Source: Klebsormidium nitens (Eukaryota; Plantae; Klebsormidiophyceae). Taken from it: DNA of 64,000 nucleotides. The translations under genes and the position numbers were made by a program. Each line of letters begins with the position of its first letter. Within the stretch, counting starts at the first letter, position 1. Shown piece after piece: positions 60,863 to 64,000 of this stretch. The notes beneath the pieces were generated by a model. It was not told the DNA's origin, searched no databases, and saw only the letters and a list, made by a program, of their open reading frames with translations. The stretch is taken from the NCBI GenBank assembly GCA_000708835.1, contig DF237046.1, positions 70,079 through 134,078 of the forward strand, read 5' to 3'.

Positions 60863-63254
60863 CTACTCTTCCTTGAGCTGGCTGTACAGTGGCTCGACGT
60901 CCTTCTTCCAGCAGCTAGTGACGCGCAGGCGCCTAGCCTGCAGCTCTTGCCGCTCCTTTTCGATGCGGTAGAACAAAGAACCTGGCAAGAAGCGAGACTA
61001 CTTCCTTTACAAGCATGTTGCACGCGCAGTTACAGCAGCCATTTCAAATGCAGAATAGTGAGAGAATGACCAGGAATGAATCCAAGCCGTAGCTAATATT
61101 ATAATCCAACGGAAATGCGACAGAAGAATCGGATGTCTCGCGCAAAAAGTCTCGCCCCTTTAATATGACCGGATGCCTCCACCGGGTACTAAACGAGCAC
61201 TTTGCTACTGGGGCGGAGGGCTCTGCGAGAGCTCACCGTCGAGGCACTGGCGGACGTTCTCTTTGTACATGAGGCCCCGGTGGTCCGCCAGCATCCAATA
61301 CGTCAGCGCCCACTCCAGCTTCTCAGCGAGCCTGCACAGCGAAGAAGAGTATAAGGTGAGCTTTATCATGGTCGGCAGAATCAACTCGATGCGTCGTCGA
61401 GATAGTTCACGCCAGAGTGAATCAAGTAGAGTTGGAAACAAGATAAAGCCGTGCAACAGAGAGGGCCTTGAATCAAGTATTCCTGGGAATGTACACATAA
61501 CGTTTTGAACAATGTGCCTGCGTTTGGTAGGATCAGCCACGACGACGGAACCACTCAGAACCGTGACTCCTCGAGGGCGATGATGCGGCTCACCAGCCGA
61601 AGAGGTCGTAGACGACCGCGTTGCCCTGCGTCATCTCGAAGAGTTGCGAGACGGTGAGCGCGCCCTTGTTGTCCCGGTCGTACTTGGACCAGATCTCTTC
61701 GAACTTTTCGGGCACGAACCTGGCAGGCACGCAAGGCAGGCGACCATGACCACAAGCAAACGAATGCAGGAAACAAAAGTGCGCTACGTACAGCTCAACG
61801 TCTGATGCTTGAAAGCATCCAATGAATTGGAGATGTTGACAACTGCCACCAAGGAACCAATCGAACTCTGCGTAAGCAAAGGATGGCACAATGACGAGCA
61901 CGTAGTCAATTGAACAACGAAGACATACTCACAACATAGCAGCCTAGTAACGTTCCGATTTCCAACCAAAAGACGTCACATTCACATATGGTGCTCTGCC
62001 GTAACAGAACATTTCGTAGGTCACCGCAAAAGGTTGGATTACGCCGCAATCTCACCGGCCCTCTGTGTCGTACACCCCCGAGTCTCCGCCGTGCTTGAAG
62101 CGGTGGATGTTTTTGATCTTGATGCCCCACAACGGGTCAGGAAGCCAACCCTGCAATACGAACGAAGAAAAGTCCTTTGATCCACCTGCTGATGGCCTCA
62201 AAAGGCGGAAAAAGTGCTTCAACGAGATACTGAGCGCAGATAGGCGTGTTTGTCCGACTGCAACTACGAGGTTCTCCCTGATGAGGTCGTCCGACCAGAT
62301 TTACAAAAAGCGGCTGCAGAGTATGTCACTTCTGTTGAATTTTCGGCAGGGCAAGCTTACGTCCTGAGTTGGGTAGCTCTGGGCTCCATTGATGAGGATG
62401 GGCGCCAGCAGCGAGAAAAACAGGTTGACACCGAGGGCGCGAAAGCCTGCAGCACGGGACCCGGCAATCGCATGTTCGATATCTACGAAGTTTGGAGACT
62501 CCAAGTAACTGCGCTTTCCAGAACACTGCCAGGTCAGCTCAGCGGGACTTACACTTCGAGCTTCGGAAGCCAAGGATAAACAATCAAGAAGACGGCTCCG
62601 ACCAAGCAATGGCCCCATGCCATGAGCTCCAACCGTGACTTATATCGTGGATTGTGCTACTTGCGACCTTGATAATCGGTTCAACCTTCATTACATGTAC
62701 GTCACTTCTGAGTCACCAAGTCACCAAACTTCTTACGGGGTAGGCGAAGCTTTACTCAAAATACAAGAACGATCGAAGCAAGTGTAATAGCCTCCAAGGA
62801 GAGCGTCTTTAGATAAATATTTCAGCTGCTGTAGAAGGCCTTCAGAAGATAAAACCGATCCGGCATACTAAGCATTGCAGACCGTATTACCTGCAAACGT
62901 CTCCCACGGCATAATGACCCCATCCTTGTTCCTGAAAGCAAACATATTCGCGGCTTCAGTGAGTAAGAAAAAGCAAGATAAGTTGAAATTTGCATCTGAA
63001 GCTCGATCAAGCCAGAGGCACTTCAACGCTTCCAAGTCCAGCTCACAAACAACACCTTGACCGTTGAAGGCTCATGAACAGACACACGTCCAAGCAAACA
63101 GGCAAATTCGAATATATCTGACTACTGAAGCGGTCGCAGCACCTGTCAAAGAACTCGACGTGCTGCTGCATCACGCTAAGCCCCTTGGGGTCGTAGTAGT
63201 CAGTGGAACCATGAGGCTGCTCGCGGCTGGCCGCTATTTGGGCTTGGGGCGCAC
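60863..63254 (-). CDS. Caleosin/peroxygenase; 5' exon(s) not found, so the gene probably starts beyond the window edge
   Basis: [25 protein letters not shown] (His plus EF-hand), hydrophobic hairpin and proline knot ([14 protein letters not shown]), [55 protein letters not shown]; stop at 60865-60863. Confidence 0.92.
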
Positions 63255-64000
63255 CTGTACCACAGAAGTCGGTATTGAGTCGGAACTGCACACATTTCTG
63301 TGATGGCAGACGTTCAAAGAGGGCACACAGGATGCAAATGCAGGGAAGCTGGTGTTGAAAGAATGTGTAAGTGTTTACAGTCACAAATGCAAGGAGCAGC
63401 ATGTGATCAGTGACTTGGAACTAGCTATGGACCATGGAGAAGGCGGGCAATAAAGTGAGCCAGCAGCTGAAAAAGCCATTCGACTGCCTCAGAACCACTT
63501 TTTGGGTAGTTGAGATTTTGAAACGGTACACTAAGAGGAAGAAGGAGGCAATGAAGCGCCTTGCATTGTCTTATGGGAGCTGACTAGCAGATCAGCAAGT
63601 CCTCTTGACACGTTACAAAAACATTGGGAAGTCGGTTGTGAGCATCGATTCCAAAAGTAACGCTTCAACAGATGTACCCCCTTGCAATCAATCACCGTTC
63701 CTGTTTGCCTCCGATACTGGCAACCTAATAGCCTCAGATCCCCGCATCCAGCCAGCAGAACCACTTTGAGATGGGTGCCACAAGACTAGGGGGTTGATGC
63801 CATTTTTGACTCATCGATAACCATACTCAATGGATCGAGCTGTCATTTATCCACCAGGTGAAGTGGTGGGCCAAAAAAGCACATCAAGCTGCTCACATAA
63901 GCCCTGCATGTAACACCATTTGCCATGTGGAAACTGCGCAAAATTTTAGCCTGTAATCATGGATTTTTCCAGTCCAGCTCAGCTGCCGGGTTACTAATTA

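Noticed and set aside
1-64000. CRISPR arrays, rRNA/tRNA genes, prokaryotic operons or defence islands, intact transposase or RT genes
   Set aside because: I saw no regularly spaced repeats, RNA-gene signatures or transposase/RT motifs. The DNA is spliced eukaryotic sequence.
63255-64000. Caleosin first exon inside the window
   Set aside because: No ATG-initiated frame ends in a phase-1 donor there. The region looks intronic, so the start was left unresolved.

Overview
This window is eukaryotic, intron-rich nuclear DNA of about 50-55% GC with GT-AG introns. Gene content (R2R3-MYB, TPC, caleosin, IPK, plant-type PAXX) and style suggest a streptophyte alga, Klebsormidium-like (inference). The supplied ORF track ignores splicing, so I rebuilt gene models by hand from splice sites and phase continuity. 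Left to right the window holds: (1) three paralogous orphan genes, A (+), B (-) and C (-), which look like plastid-targeted, catalytically dead remnants of a restriction-endonuclease-fold + protein-kinase module; B and C form a tandem duplication; (2) a poorly resolved orphan gene D (-); (3) a Mit_KHE1-family gene; (4) isopentenyl phosphate kinase, head-to-head with the 18-exon RNA polymerase I second-largest subunit; (5) an 18-exon two-pore channel with a non-canonical pore filter and one missing voltage-sensor arginine; (6) a palindrome- and GTAC-rich intergenic region; (7) an ~900 aa R2R3-MYB; (8) a plant PAXX-like gene head-to-head with a TTC39/Iml2 gene; (9) a caleosin/peroxygenase running off the right edge. 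I saw no rRNA, tRNA, CRISPR array or intact autonomous transposon. The best candidates for undescribed biology are the A/B/C pseudo-nuclease/pseudokinase family, the divergent TPC, and a 17-bp splice-acceptor duplication in RPA2. All homology calls come from recognising motifs by eye; no searches were run.
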